Source of the DNA: a bacterium
GTDB lineage: Bacteria > Bacteroidota > Bacteroidia > Bacteroidales > WCHB1-69
Direction of reading: 5' to 3'
DNA: 64,000 nt
Assembly: GCA_963643165.1 (NCBI GenBank)
Contig: CAVIJD010000008.1
Span: 4,397 to 68,396, forward strand
Shown here one piece after another: positions 55,083-64,000 of the stretch. The notes under the pieces are model-generated. The model was not told the DNA's origin, ran no database searches, and saw only the letters and a program-made list of their open reading frames with translations. Made by a program: the position numbers and the translations under genes. Position 1 is the first letter of the stretch. The number at the start of each line of letters is the position of its first letter.

Positions 55083-57950
55083 ATGAGAGATTCCAAATAC
55101 TTTTCCCTACCCTTTCTTTTTGTAGTGTTGCTCTGCTTCGGTGCAGGCACGCTTCACGCTCAGGACATCATCATGACGAACACCTCCACCGTGGAGAATG
55201 TGGGTGAAGACATCCGTTACTTTTACGACCCCGGCGGCACGGCAACCAACCCCGGACCCAACAACCATCCGCTGGGCTACTTTGACCGCAACATCCGCGA
55301 CACGCTGACGATGAAGACCGAAATGTCGAACAGTTACCTCACCGTGCTGTTCAGCGACTTTGCCATGGGCTACGGCGACACGCTCTACATCTTTGACGGG
55401 CAGAACACCAACGCCGCCCTCATCGGCGTCTACAACTCCGTGCGCTCGCCCGAGCAGGTAAGTTCCACGGGACGCTACCTTACGTTTGTGTTCCATTCCG
55501 ACGACATTGACGACTACGGGATGCTGAGCGAAGGCTGGTCGGCGCAGGCATACGCCACATCGTTCTCTTCTTTGACCGTCCTCATCAGCGACTACGACGG
55601 GTCGCTTTACCAGGGATGCAACACACGCTTCTACGACTCCGGCGGTCCAAACGGCAACATTGCAGCCAACAACGAGCATTACGACATGGAATTCGTGTCG
55701 CCGGCCTCGCACATCAAGATGGAGTTTCAGAGTTTTTCAGTCAACGGACTGATGAAGATATACGACGGGGCAAAGAATGACCCTAACAAACGTCTCATCG
55801 GGCAATTCCACACTTCTACCCTTGATGCCACCACAGGCAACAAGCCGCCCGTGCTTTTCTCGTCCGGCTCCACACTTTACGTTGAATACATCGGCTCAAC
55901 GGGCGACGTGTCCAAATCCGGATGGGAAGCCATCGTCTCCTGTGTGTCAGAACTTTTCGAGACACCTACCGGCACCGCATGCCCGCAGGTGGTCATCTCC
56001 ACCACCGACGCCGAAAACCCGGACGTCATCGACCACCAGTGCGGCATTCCCACCATCCTCTCCGCGGGCATCACCGCCACAGGACGTTATGCCAACGACT
56101 ATACCGTGTCGCAGGTCACCTACGCGCCGCCGTTCGCCTTCAACGCCGGCACCTTGATTGATGCCAACACAGACGACAACTGGATTACCACCAGCGGTGT
56201 AACCCTGCCGTTCACCTTCTCCTTTTTCGGCAAACCCTACACCAAGGCCTACCCAGGCGCCAACGGACTGATTTCATTCTCGCCACAATCGGGCTATTGC
56301 TCCTGGAGTTCCACGAGTTGCCCTACCCATACCAGCACGCCGCCCTACTCCTCGGCGCCTTATCTTTACCGCAACTGCATTTACGGCGTAATGGAAGACA
56401 TCTACCCCGGCCACTATATCAACAACGGCAGCATCCGCTATGGCGTCATGGGGCAGTACCCGTGCCGCACCTTTGTGTTCAACTACGACAATGTGGGACT
56501 TTTCTCCTGCTACTCGCAAGGCAACAACATGTACCAGTCGTACCAGATGGTCATTTACGAAGGCACCAACATCATCGACGTCTTCATCCGCCACCGTGCC
56601 TGCTGCAGCAGTTGGAACAACGGCAACGGCGTGGTGGGTCTGCAGAACACCACCTCCTCGCAGATGGTAGTCGCGCCGGGACGCACCTTTGCCACCAACT
56701 GGACCGCCGACAACGAAGCGTGGCGTTTCACCCCCATCACCCCGTTGGACGAAGATGCCACCATCGAGTGGTTTGAGAACGACATCAACACCCCGAGCAT
56801 CGGCTCCACAAACCGGCTGGTCGTGGACCCCACCACAACCACCCGCTACATTGCCAAATACCATTTCACAAACTCCACTAACACCTCCTTTGACCTGCTG
56901 GACACCATACTCGTGCGCGTCAACATTCCGGAAGTTTCCATTCGGGGCGCACACGTCTGCCCCGGCAAGGAAGTCTCGTTCAATCCTGAAATACAAGAAC
57001 TTGACACCATCGTGCCCGCCTCCTACCATTGGAGCACAGGCGACACTGTGCGAGACCTCACCCTCATAGCGCAAGAGAGCCAAGACTGCATACTCACCAT
57101 CACCTACAACAACAACTGCACCACCACCGACACCGCCAAATTAGTGGTAGAACCATTGGAGCGGCCTAAGATCCACGGTGACAACGAGATCTGCCAAGGC
57201 GAGAGCGTCCGTCTTACGGCCTCGGCCGACACCACCGACTACAACTACATTTGGGAGAACGGGCCCTCCGGCCCCACGCGGCTGGTAGCGCCGACAGACA
57301 CCACAACATACGTCGTCAGGGGTGTGCTGCCCAACGACAACGAATGTTTCAAGACAGACACCTTCACCATCATCGTAAGGCCATTGCCTGAAGTGTCGTT
57401 CACGATGTCCCCGAGCGAAATCACCATGGAACACGGGTACGGCACGCTCTATTGCACCATGACCTGCACCTCAGACTCCACCTGGTGTTGGAACTTCCAC
57501 GACCGTTACGATGCCACGGGCTCCATCATACACGACGTTGCGAACCCCACGCACGACTTCACCCACACGGGCACCTACCCAGTCACGCTCTCCGTCACCA
57601 ACAGCCAGGAGTGTTCCGACTCTGTCACGCAATACGTCACCGTCACGGTGCCCATACACTTCTACATCCCCAATGCTTTCACCCCGAACGGCGACGACTT
57701 GAACAACGTCTTCATCCCCAGTTTTGAAGGCATCGAAATCGAAAAATACCAGATGCTCGTCTATGACCGTCAAGGAAGGTTGGTGTTCAAATCGACCAAC
57801 CCCAACATCGGTTGGGACGGCAACGACATGCTCGGCAACGAATGTCCGCAGGGGGTTTACATCTATTACATCCGGCATTGGACGCAATTAGACAACATCA
57901 ACGGCCCCGGACAGCCGCAAATCACCGGCAACATCACCCTGATACGGTAG
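55083..57950 (+). CDS. Large T9SS type-B cargo protein (CUB-like and PKD-like domains)
   Basis: Signal peptide. PKD-like segment THDFTHTGTYPVTLSVTNSQECSDSVTQYVTV. C-terminal YIPNAFTPNGDDLNNVF ... LVYDRQGRLVFKS ... WDGNDMLGNECPQGVYIYYI type-B sorting domain. Confidence 0.8.
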   Translation: MRDSKYFSLPFLFVVLLCFGAGTLHAQDIIMTNTSTVENVGEDIRYFYDPGGTATNPGPNNHPLGYFDRNIRDTLTMKTEMSNSYLTVLFSDFAMGYGDTLYIFDGQNTNAALIGVYNSVRSPEQVSSTGRYLTFVFHSDDIDDYGMLSEGWSAQAYATSFSSLTVLISDYDGSLYQGCNTRFYDSGGPNGNIAANNEHYDMEFVSPASHIKMEFQSFSVNGLMKIYDGAKNDPNKRLIGQFHTSTLDATTGNKPPVLFSSGSTLYVEYIGSTGDVSKSGWEAIVSCVSELFETPTGTACPQVVISTTDAENPDVIDHQCGIPTILSAGITATGRYANDYTVSQVTYAPPFAFNAGTLIDANTDDNWITTSGVTLPFTFSFFGKPYTKAYPGANGLISFSPQSGYCSWSSTSCPTHTSTPPYSSAPYLYRNCIYGVMEDIYPGHYINNGSIRYGVMGQYPCRTFVFNYDNVGLFSCYSQGNNMYQSYQMVIYEGTNIIDVFIRHRACCSSWNNGNGVVGLQNTTSSQMVVAPGRTFATNWTADNEAWRFTPITPLDEDATIEWFENDINTPSIGSTNRLVVDPTTTTRYIAKYHFTNSTNTSFDLLDTILVRVNIPEVSIRGAHVCPGKEVSFNPEIQELDTIVPASYHWSTGDTVRDLTLIAQESQDCILTITYNNNCTTTDTAKLVVEPLERPKIHGDNEICQGESVRLTASADTTDYNYIWENGPSGPTRLVAPTDTTTYVVRGVLPNDNECFKTDTFTIIVRPLPEVSFTMSPSEITMEHGYGTLYCTMTCTSDSTWCWNFHDRYDATGSIIHDVANPTHDFTHTGTYPVTLSVTNSQECSDSVTQYVTVTVPIHFYIPNAFTPNGDDLNNVFIPSFEGIEIEKYQMLVYDRQGRLVFKSTNPNIGWDGNDMLGNECPQGVYIYYIRHWTQLDNINGPGQPQITGNITLIR

Positions 57951-58053
57951 CCGGCCATTGACCGAAACGGCACAGACACAACCAAGCGAGGCTATGGGGA
58001 GTTGAGCGCAGACACAACTTCACATAGCCTTGTTTATACATATTCTTTTTTTG

Positions 58054-58061
58054 TACTTTTG
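58054..58061 (+). promoter_or_regulatory. Bacteroidetes -7 promoter box (TACTTTTG)
   Basis: TAnnTTTG lies 19 nt upstream of ATG 58080. It is part of an 18-mer (TTTTTGTACTTTTGCCGC, 58048-58065) repeated at 63878-63895. Confidence 0.6.
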
Positions 58062-58079
58062 CCGCAAATTTCAACGTAA

Positions 58080-60656
58080 ATGGAAAATTTCAAGTATTCT
58101 GACGAGATGAACTACGCGATGGAAGAGGCCAGCAGAATCGCCGCTTACTATCGTTCCCCCTATATCGGCATCGAACACATCATGGTGGCCATCTTGCGTT
58201 ATCCGAACGAAAGCACCACCAAAAACCTGTTCGGCATATTCCGCATCGACAATGACGCATTCCGGACCAAACTCGAGAGCATCATTGACTCAGCCGAAAA
58301 CAAGACAGACACCCCTCCCGAAAAACTAAACTTCAACACACAGACCACCAACATCATACGATTGTCCTCGCTCATGTCGAAGGAATTCAGGAGTCCGGTC
58401 ATCGAATCCTACCACTTCATCTTGGCCATTCTCCGTGACGGGCGCAGCGACAGTTCGAACATCGTCAAGGCGTACCTCATCCGTTATGGTGTCTCCTACA
58501 CCACGTTCCTCAACGAGACAAAGAAAGAGTTGAACATGGAATCGGGGCGCACGGAGGCCATCTTCTCCTCGAATGACGAAGAAGACGAAGAGGACGACCG
58601 TCGATTCTCGGCCCGAGCCGGCAGAGAGGGCAGCAGAGGGTCAGCCACCCCGATGTTGGACAGTTTCGGCAAAGACCTCACCAAACTGGCGGCGGAGAAC
58701 AAACTCGACCCGGTTGTCGGGCGGCAGAAAGAGCTTGAGCGCATAGCCCAGATCCTGAGCCGGCGCAAGAAGAACAACCCTGTCCTTATCGGCGAGCCCG
58801 GCGTGGGAAAATCAGCCGTGGCGGAGGGACTGGCCATCAACATCGTGCAAGGGCACGTCTCCCGCACGTTGTTGCACAAACGTATCGTAGGCCTTGACAT
58901 GGCGTCGCTGGTGGCCGGCACCAAATACCGGGGGCAATTTGAGGAGCGTGTAAAGACCCTGCTGACCGAGATTGAGAAGAACCCCAACATCATCCTCTTC
59001 ATTGACGAATTGCACACGATGGTCGGGGCGGGCAACTCACCCGGCAGCATGGACGCGTCCAACTTGTTCAAGCCCGCCCTCGCGCGCGGCGAGATGCAGT
59101 GCATCGGCGCCACCACCCTCGACGAATACCGCGAATACATCGAAAAGGACGGGGCCTTGGAACGCCGTTTCCAGAAAATCATCCTCGAGCCCACCACCCC
59201 GGAAGAGACCGTCGAGATCCTGAACAACATCAAAGACAAATACGAAGAACACCATCTCGTGAAATACAGCGACGAGGCCATCAAAGCCTGCGTGTCACTG
59301 TCAAACCGCTATATCACAGACCGTTGCTTCCCCGACAAGGCCATCGACACCCTTGACGAGGCGGGTGCCCGTGTCCACATCCAGAACATACACATCCCTG
59401 ACGAACTGCTGCAGGTAGAGAAAGAGATCGCCGACTTTGAGAAATTGAAAATGGAGGCCATCAAGAGCCAGCAATACAATGCCGCCGCAGGCTACCGCGA
59501 CGAGATCAAGAAACTGGAACAGACACAGGAAAACATCAAGAAAGAATGGGAGAAAGAGGCGGACATGCAGCGTCCCACAGTCACCGAAGACACCGTGGCC
59601 GAAGTAGTGGCCATGATGACTGGCGTGCCCACGCAGCGCATCGCCCGCAACGAGAGCGAACGCCTCCTGAAGATGGCCGACGAACTGAAAGGGGCTGTCA
59701 TCGGGCAAGACAACGCCATCCTGAAGATTGCCAAGGCCATACGCCGCAACCGCGCCGGCCTCAAAGACCCGAACAAGCCCATCGGCACGTTCATCTTTCT
59801 GGGACCTACGGGCGTGGGCAAGACCTACCTCGCGAAAGTACTCGCCGAGTACCTTTTCGACTCGCAAGACGCCATCATCCGCATCGACATGAGCGAATAT
59901 ATGGAAAAACACACCGTCTCGCGGCTCATCGGCGCGCCTCCGGGATACGTGGGCTACGAAGAGGGCGGCCAACTTACCGAAAAAGTGCGCCGCAAACCCT
60001 ACTCCATCGTCCTGCTCGACGAAATAGAAAAAGCCCATCAGGATATTTACAACGTTCTACTGCAAGTACTTGACGAAGGGCAACTTACAGACGGCATAGG
60101 ACGCAAGGTGGACTTCCGGAACACCATCCTCATTATGACCTCCAACCTCGGTTCGCGCGAATTGAAAGACTACGGCACAGGCGTCGGCTTCAGCACCGAT
60201 GCCACCAAAGCGGCACAAGACAAAGTTGAACAAGGCATCTTGGAAAAAGCGCTGAAAGCGAACTTTTCGCCCGAGTTTCTCAACCGCATCGACGATGTCA
60301 TCTATTTCAACAGCCTCAGCAAAGACGACATACTCAAGATTGTGGACATAGAGCTCAAAAAAGTGCTGGCCAGAGTCAAAGACCTGGGCATTGACGTACA
60401 TTTCACAGACAAGGCGCGGCATTTTCTGGCCGACACAGGCTGGAATGTCCACTATGGCGCTCGCCCGCTGAAACGAGCCATCCAGAAAAACGTGGAAGAC
60501 CTGCTTGCCGAAGAAATCCTCAACCAGACCCTCCCCGAAGGTTCCGCCGTCGATATCGACTACAACGAAACAGAGGAGGCCCTGTTCATCGTGCCCCAAT
60601 CGAAAGCATTGCCCGAAAACCCTGAACAAGAGAAAACCACCGACACTACATTATAA
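58080..60656 (+). CDS. clpC: ClpC-type Clp/Hsp100 AAA+ ATPase (two nucleotide-binding domains)
   Basis: N-terminal Clp repeat domain. Walker A GEPGVGKS and GPTGVGKT. Short UVR-like middle segment (QQYNAAAGYRDEIKKLEQ) rather than a long ClpB M-domain. GARPLKRAIQ sensor motif. Confidence 0.85.
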   Translation: MENFKYSDEMNYAMEEASRIAAYYRSPYIGIEHIMVAILRYPNESTTKNLFGIFRIDNDAFRTKLESIIDSAENKTDTPPEKLNFNTQTTNIIRLSSLMSKEFRSPVIESYHFILAILRDGRSDSSNIVKAYLIRYGVSYTTFLNETKKELNMESGRTEAIFSSNDEEDEEDDRRFSARAGREGSRGSATPMLDSFGKDLTKLAAENKLDPVVGRQKELERIAQILSRRKKNNPVLIGEPGVGKSAVAEGLAINIVQGHVSRTLLHKRIVGLDMASLVAGTKYRGQFEERVKTLLTEIEKNPNIILFIDELHTMVGAGNSPGSMDASNLFKPALARGEMQCIGATTLDEYREYIEKDGALERRFQKIILEPTTPEETVEILNNIKDKYEEHHLVKYSDEAIKACVSLSNRYITDRCFPDKAIDTLDEAGARVHIQNIHIPDELLQVEKEIADFEKLKMEAIKSQQYNAAAGYRDEIKKLEQTQENIKKEWEKEADMQRPTVTEDTVAEVVAMMTGVPTQRIARNESERLLKMADELKGAVIGQDNAILKIAKAIRRNRAGLKDPNKPIGTFIFLGPTGVGKTYLAKVLAEYLFDSQDAIIRIDMSEYMEKHTVSRLIGAPPGYVGYEEGGQLTEKVRRKPYSIVLLDEIEKAHQDIYNVLLQVLDEGQLTDGIGRKVDFRNTILIMTSNLGSRELKDYGTGVGFSTDATKAAQDKVEQGILEKALKANFSPEFLNRIDDVIYFNSLSKDDILKIVDIELKKVLARVKDLGIDVHFTDKARHFLADTGWNVHYGARPLKRAIQKNVEDLLAEEILNQTLPEGSAVDIDYNETEEALFIVPQSKALPENPEQEKTTDTTL

Positions 60657-60661
60657 TAATC

Positions 60662-61183
60662 ATGCCAAACTTCAGAGCAAAATTAGGCAGCATCAAAGCA
60701 TTCGTCTTCGACTTCGACGGTGTGCTGTCAGACGGGAAAGTATATGTGCAGCGCGACGGCGAGATGGTGCGCGCCACCAGCACCAAAGACGGCTACGCCT
60801 TGCAGTACGCCTTGAAAAAAGGCTATCGGGTGGCCATCATATCCGGAGGCTACGGCGACTCCATGCGGCTTCGCTACAACGACTTCCCGGGCATGGACAT
60901 CTTCCTGCATGTCAACAACAAAATCACGCTGTTCGACAACTATCTGAAAGAGCACGGACTGGAGCCTGAAAACGTGCTGGTGATGGGCGACGACATTCCC
61001 GACTACGAGATGATGCGGCGTGCCGGCATTTGCTGCTGCCCCGCCGACGCCGCCGAAGAAATCAAACACATTGCCGACTACATCTCCTTCCAGCCCGGCG
61101 GCTGCGGCTGCGTGAGGGATGTCATCGAACAAACACTCAAGGTTCAAGGCAAGTGGTTCCAAGAAGATGCTTTCATCTGGTAA
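60662..61183 (+). CDS. kdsC: 3-deoxy-D-manno-octulosonate-8-phosphate phosphatase (HAD superfamily)
   Basis: FVFDFDGVLSDG (DxD), TKDG, GDDIPD. 173 aa. Confidence 0.85.
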   Translation: MPNFRAKLGSIKAFVFDFDGVLSDGKVYVQRDGEMVRATSTKDGYALQYALKKGYRVAIISGGYGDSMRLRYNDFPGMDIFLHVNNKITLFDNYLKEHGLEPENVLVMGDDIPDYEMMRRAGICCCPADAAEEIKHIADYISFQPGGCGCVRDVIEQTLKVQGKWFQEDAFIW

Positions 61184-61195
61184 CCTGTTAACGAC

Positions 61196-62038
61196 ATGGG
61201 GTGTCTTTTCACCGGATTTTTCAGCGCAATAGGCTTCTGGGTCGGACTGTTTTCGAATGGTTTGGGCGGAGCCTTCCTCGGATTGTTCATCGGAGGCTGC
61301 ATCGACCTCATCATCAGTCGGACAAGTTTTCGCAAAAGAACCTACAGCGGCCGAGGCCAGTCGAGCCATTACAACGCCACCGACTTCATAGAACACGAAT
61401 TAGTGCTGGCGGCATACGTGGCAAAGTCAGACCACAACCGGCTGCTGCGTTCTGAACTGGAATACTTGCGCGACTTCCTGTCGCAGTATCTATCCCAAGA
61501 CAAGATTGGGGCCACCCTGCTCCACTTCCGCGACCTGCTTGACAGCGACACCGACATCAACGGCGTGTGTGACGACCTCAGGGCTCATGCGACCATTTCG
61601 GAAAAACTCATGATCCTGCAGTTCCTGTTCGGGTTCTCCCGCGCTGACGGGAACATGTGCGACGAAGAGGTGCAGGCCATACGGGACATCTCCGACTTGT
61701 GCGGCATCAGCAGAAGCAACTTTGAAGCTGTAAAGTCCATGTTTGCCGGCTACCGTTCCTATTACGACAGTGCCTATGGACAATCAACATTCGGAGGCTC
61801 AAGTAGTTACCAAAACTACCGCAACACCAGTTCCTTGGAAGACGACTACAAGATCCTGGAAATCTCGCCTGATGCCAGCGACAGTGACGTGAAAAAAGCC
61901 TACCGTGCCGCCGCCAAGAAGCACCACCCTGACAAAGTGGCCCACTTGGGCGAAGAGGTGCGCAAATCTGCCGAACTCAAGTTCGCTCAAGTCAACCAAG
62001 CTTACGAAAGAATCAAGAAAAGCCGGGGGATGAACTAG
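61196..62038 (+). CDS. Membrane-anchored TerB-like / C-terminal J-domain co-chaperone (DjlA-like)
   Basis: N-terminal TM segments. C-terminal J domain DDYKILEISPDASDSDVKKAYRAAAKKHHPDKV (HPD motif). Confidence 0.8.
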   Translation: MGCLFTGFFSAIGFWVGLFSNGLGGAFLGLFIGGCIDLIISRTSFRKRTYSGRGQSSHYNATDFIEHELVLAAYVAKSDHNRLLRSELEYLRDFLSQYLSQDKIGATLLHFRDLLDSDTDINGVCDDLRAHATISEKLMILQFLFGFSRADGNMCDEEVQAIRDISDLCGISRSNFEAVKSMFAGYRSYYDSAYGQSTFGGSSSYQNYRNTSSLEDDYKILEISPDASDSDVKKAYRAAAKKHHPDKVAHLGEEVRKSAELKFAQVNQAYERIKKSRGMN

Positions 62039-62235
62039 CCTCAACCTCCGGGAAAACCTTTTCTGCCCCTATCGCTCCCACCTTGCGGGGGCGATTATTT
62101 TAATTTATTTTTTGCTTTTTGTTTGATTTATCAATATTTTTTATATTTTTGCAACGTTAAAAAAACAGACGGGGGCAAACATCGTTACCGTAAAAACAAA
62201 ACAACAATTATTAACCATCTAAAAAACAAAACAGC

Positions 62236-63762
62236 ATGAAAAAAATCTTTCAGATTCTCCTTGTCGGCGGGATTTTGTCCGGCATTGTCGGGGTTCATCC
62301 GACAAAGGCGCAACAGATTGTCTATCAAGAGAATTTTGGCTTCCCTTCGGCCACCACATTAGTGCAGGACTTCAACGAATGGCAGAACGACAGCGTCCGT
62401 TACACGGGCAGCAGCACCTGCGACATCCGCATCACCAGTGCCTCAAGCGGTTATCCTTCGGCCTCGGCGGGCGGCAACGTCATGATCAACGACACCGTGA
62501 AGTGGTTCCAGGTATCAGGTCTCAACACAGAGGGGCTCACTGGCCTGTACCTTTACTGTGGGCTTCGCAAAACAACGGCCGAGAACGGGTCCAACTTGGT
62601 GGTTGAGGCCTCCGTTGACAGCATTTCATGGCAGCGTCTGCCGCTGATTGACTCCTTGCCAACGGGAACCGGCACCTCAGGGTGGCACCGGGTGCATTTT
62701 GGCAACGTGCCGGCATGCGCCAACCTGCACATCCGCTTCTCCAACCTTGCGACAGTCGATTACCGGATTGACGACCTCTGCCTAAGGATTGGGGAAGAAA
62801 CTGTGCTTCAAACGGTTGAAGAGCCCACCTTCACTCCGGGCGGCGGCACCTTCTATGCGTCGCAACAAGTTTCCATCCAAACCGCCACGGCCGGTGCGAC
62901 CATCTACTACACACTGGACGGCACAACGCCCTCCACCCGCTCCTTGGTCTATACGGCCCCTATCGCCGTCAGCAGAACAACTACCATCAAAGCCGTCGCC
63001 GCCAAAGACAGCATGAACGACAGCGAAACAGCCACGGCGCAGTATGTCATCCTCGACACCAACTCCTTGGTAGTATTGCCCTTTGACATTTCCAACAACA
63101 GCGAGTCGGGGCATACGGACATCACGCAGATGAGCGGTTTCAGGGCTTACCATTTAGGCAACTCTTACGCTGACGGCTCCGTGAAGTTCGAGTCCTCCAA
63201 CTCAGGTAAAGCCTCTTTGGTGGCTCATCTTGACAGTGCCCCTGACTCGCTCGTCTATTTTGTCGGCGGCAGGAAAGGCGGCAGCAACCCGTCAGCCTAC
63301 GAGGGCATCGCGTTCACCGTCAGCCAGTCGCCCGACGGCAACAACTGGACCGCTCTGGTCACTCACCGGGAGACGGAGATCCCGACGGGGTCGCTCACCG
63401 GCTTCAGCCATCGCCTGCGCAGCGACACCCGTTACATCCGCTGGAGACTGGACAACGCCGGCAAAGGCAACACCCTGCTCAACGACATCCGGATCACCAA
63501 GTCGGACGGCAGCGCCGTGACCGACCATGGCAGTTTCCCGCTCTGCATCTACCCCAACCCTTCGAACTACACCATCAACGTACACACCGGCAGAATGAAC
63601 GTCTCGTCCATTGAGCTGTACAACTTGTGCGGGCAGAAAGTGTTGACGGCCGCCACCACATCCAACCCGACCATCAACATCTATGCGCTGCCGCAAGGAA
63701 CCTACATCCTGAAAGTCGTCACAGACGGAGGCACATTCCAGCGAAAAGTGATAAAGTACTGA
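62236..63762 (+). CDS. T9SS type-A (Por_Secre_tail) cargo protein with a chitobiase/hexosaminidase-C-like domain
   Basis: Signal peptide. FTPGGGTFYASQQVSIQTATAGATIYYTLDGTTPS...IKAVA segment. C-terminal IYPNPSNYTINV...YNLCGQKVL...LPQGTYILKVVTDGGTFQRKVIKY sorting domain. Confidence 0.8.
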   Translation: MKKIFQILLVGGILSGIVGVHPTKAQQIVYQENFGFPSATTLVQDFNEWQNDSVRYTGSSTCDIRITSASSGYPSASAGGNVMINDTVKWFQVSGLNTEGLTGLYLYCGLRKTTAENGSNLVVEASVDSISWQRLPLIDSLPTGTGTSGWHRVHFGNVPACANLHIRFSNLATVDYRIDDLCLRIGEETVLQTVEEPTFTPGGGTFYASQQVSIQTATAGATIYYTLDGTTPSTRSLVYTAPIAVSRTTTIKAVAAKDSMNDSETATAQYVILDTNSLVVLPFDISNNSESGHTDITQMSGFRAYHLGNSYADGSVKFESSNSGKASLVAHLDSAPDSLVYFVGGRKGGSNPSAYEGIAFTVSQSPDGNNWTALVTHRETEIPTGSLTGFSHRLRSDTRYIRWRLDNAGKGNTLLNDIRITKSDGSAVTDHGSFPLCIYPNPSNYTINVHTGRMNVSSIELYNLCGQKVLTAATTSNPTINIYALPQGTYILKVVTDGGTFQRKVIKY

Positions 63763-63883
63763 TGCTCATGTCGTGAGGGCGCGTTGCAGCAGCGCCCCGC
63801 AGCTCAGGCCATAGTAGCGCAAACCGGCGACGATGCCTTGCAGCGCCCCTCACTTTTCTGTTGGCAGTTGATAATGATTTTTG

Positions 63884-63891
63884 TACTTTTG
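63884..63891 (+). promoter_or_regulatory. Bacteroidetes -7 promoter box (TACTTTTG)
   Basis: TAnnTTTG lies 26 nt upstream of ATG 63917, in the same 18-mer context as 58048-58065. Confidence 0.55.
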
Positions 63892-63916
63892 CCGCCTAAT
63901 ACGGACAACAAAAGAT

Positions 63917-64000
63917 ATGAAAAACGCCCTGCCTTGTATCATCCTCTGCATCCTGACCGCCATTTCAGCCTCTTCATGCAGCAAAACAGAAAGAACCTAC
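63917..64000 (+). CDS. Lipoprotein, 3'-partial (runs off the window)
   Basis: MKNALPCIILCILTAISASSCSKTERTY has a lipoprotein signal with a lipobox Cys. Only 28 codons are visible. Confidence 0.5.
   Translation, partial: MKNALPCIILCILTAISASSCSKTERTY

Overview
This 64-kb window looks like a Bacteroidota (Bacteroidales-type) chromosome. The support is repeated TAnnTTTG -7 promoter boxes, T9SS type-A and type-B C-terminal sorting domains, a FISUMP (TIGR02145-like) domain, an Omp28-like/TlpA envelope cluster, and lpxB/kdsC. Most of the window is GC-rich housekeeping or envelope DNA. That includes pepD, two transglutaminase-like DUF3857-type genes, a GH13 branching enzyme, a P-type Ca-ATPase, a His-rich HME-RND efflux operon, a PPIase-MoxR-histidine kinase run, rpmH (missing from the ORF track), rluD, coaD, tsaC, lpxB, a ClpC-type ATPase, kdsC and T9SS cargo. 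Three accessory patches stand out. (1) nt 21.9-27.5 kb carries a tightly packed five-gene minus-strand operon: a polytopic coiled-coil membrane protein, a P-loop protein with GTPase G1/G3/G4 motifs, two bitopic coiled-coil proteins that seem to share a cytoplasmic N-domain but have different ectodomains (one FISUMP), and a retropepsin-like lipoprotein. I cannot match it to any described system, and it is my best candidate for something new. (2) nt 42.9-45.9 kb is an AT-rich island bracketed by ISAs1/H-repeat transposase remnants. It encodes an unannotated 39-aa Cys-containing peptide, an RRE-radical SAM/SPASM enzyme, a small membrane protein and an amidohydrolase, so it is a candidate RiPP cluster. 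A promoter flanked by perfect 21-bp inverted repeats precedes it. (3) nt 9.3-10.4 kb holds a decayed Septu-like ABC-ATPase + HNH pair. The window starts inside a giant ORF (>2,330 aa) whose 3' third has much lower GC. A dispersed intergenic repeat family built on GAATGTA-type heptads occurs at least six times. All calls come from reading the sequence and the translations; no database search was run. The ORF track uses alternative start codons, so many starts were re-chosen by eye and remain uncertain.
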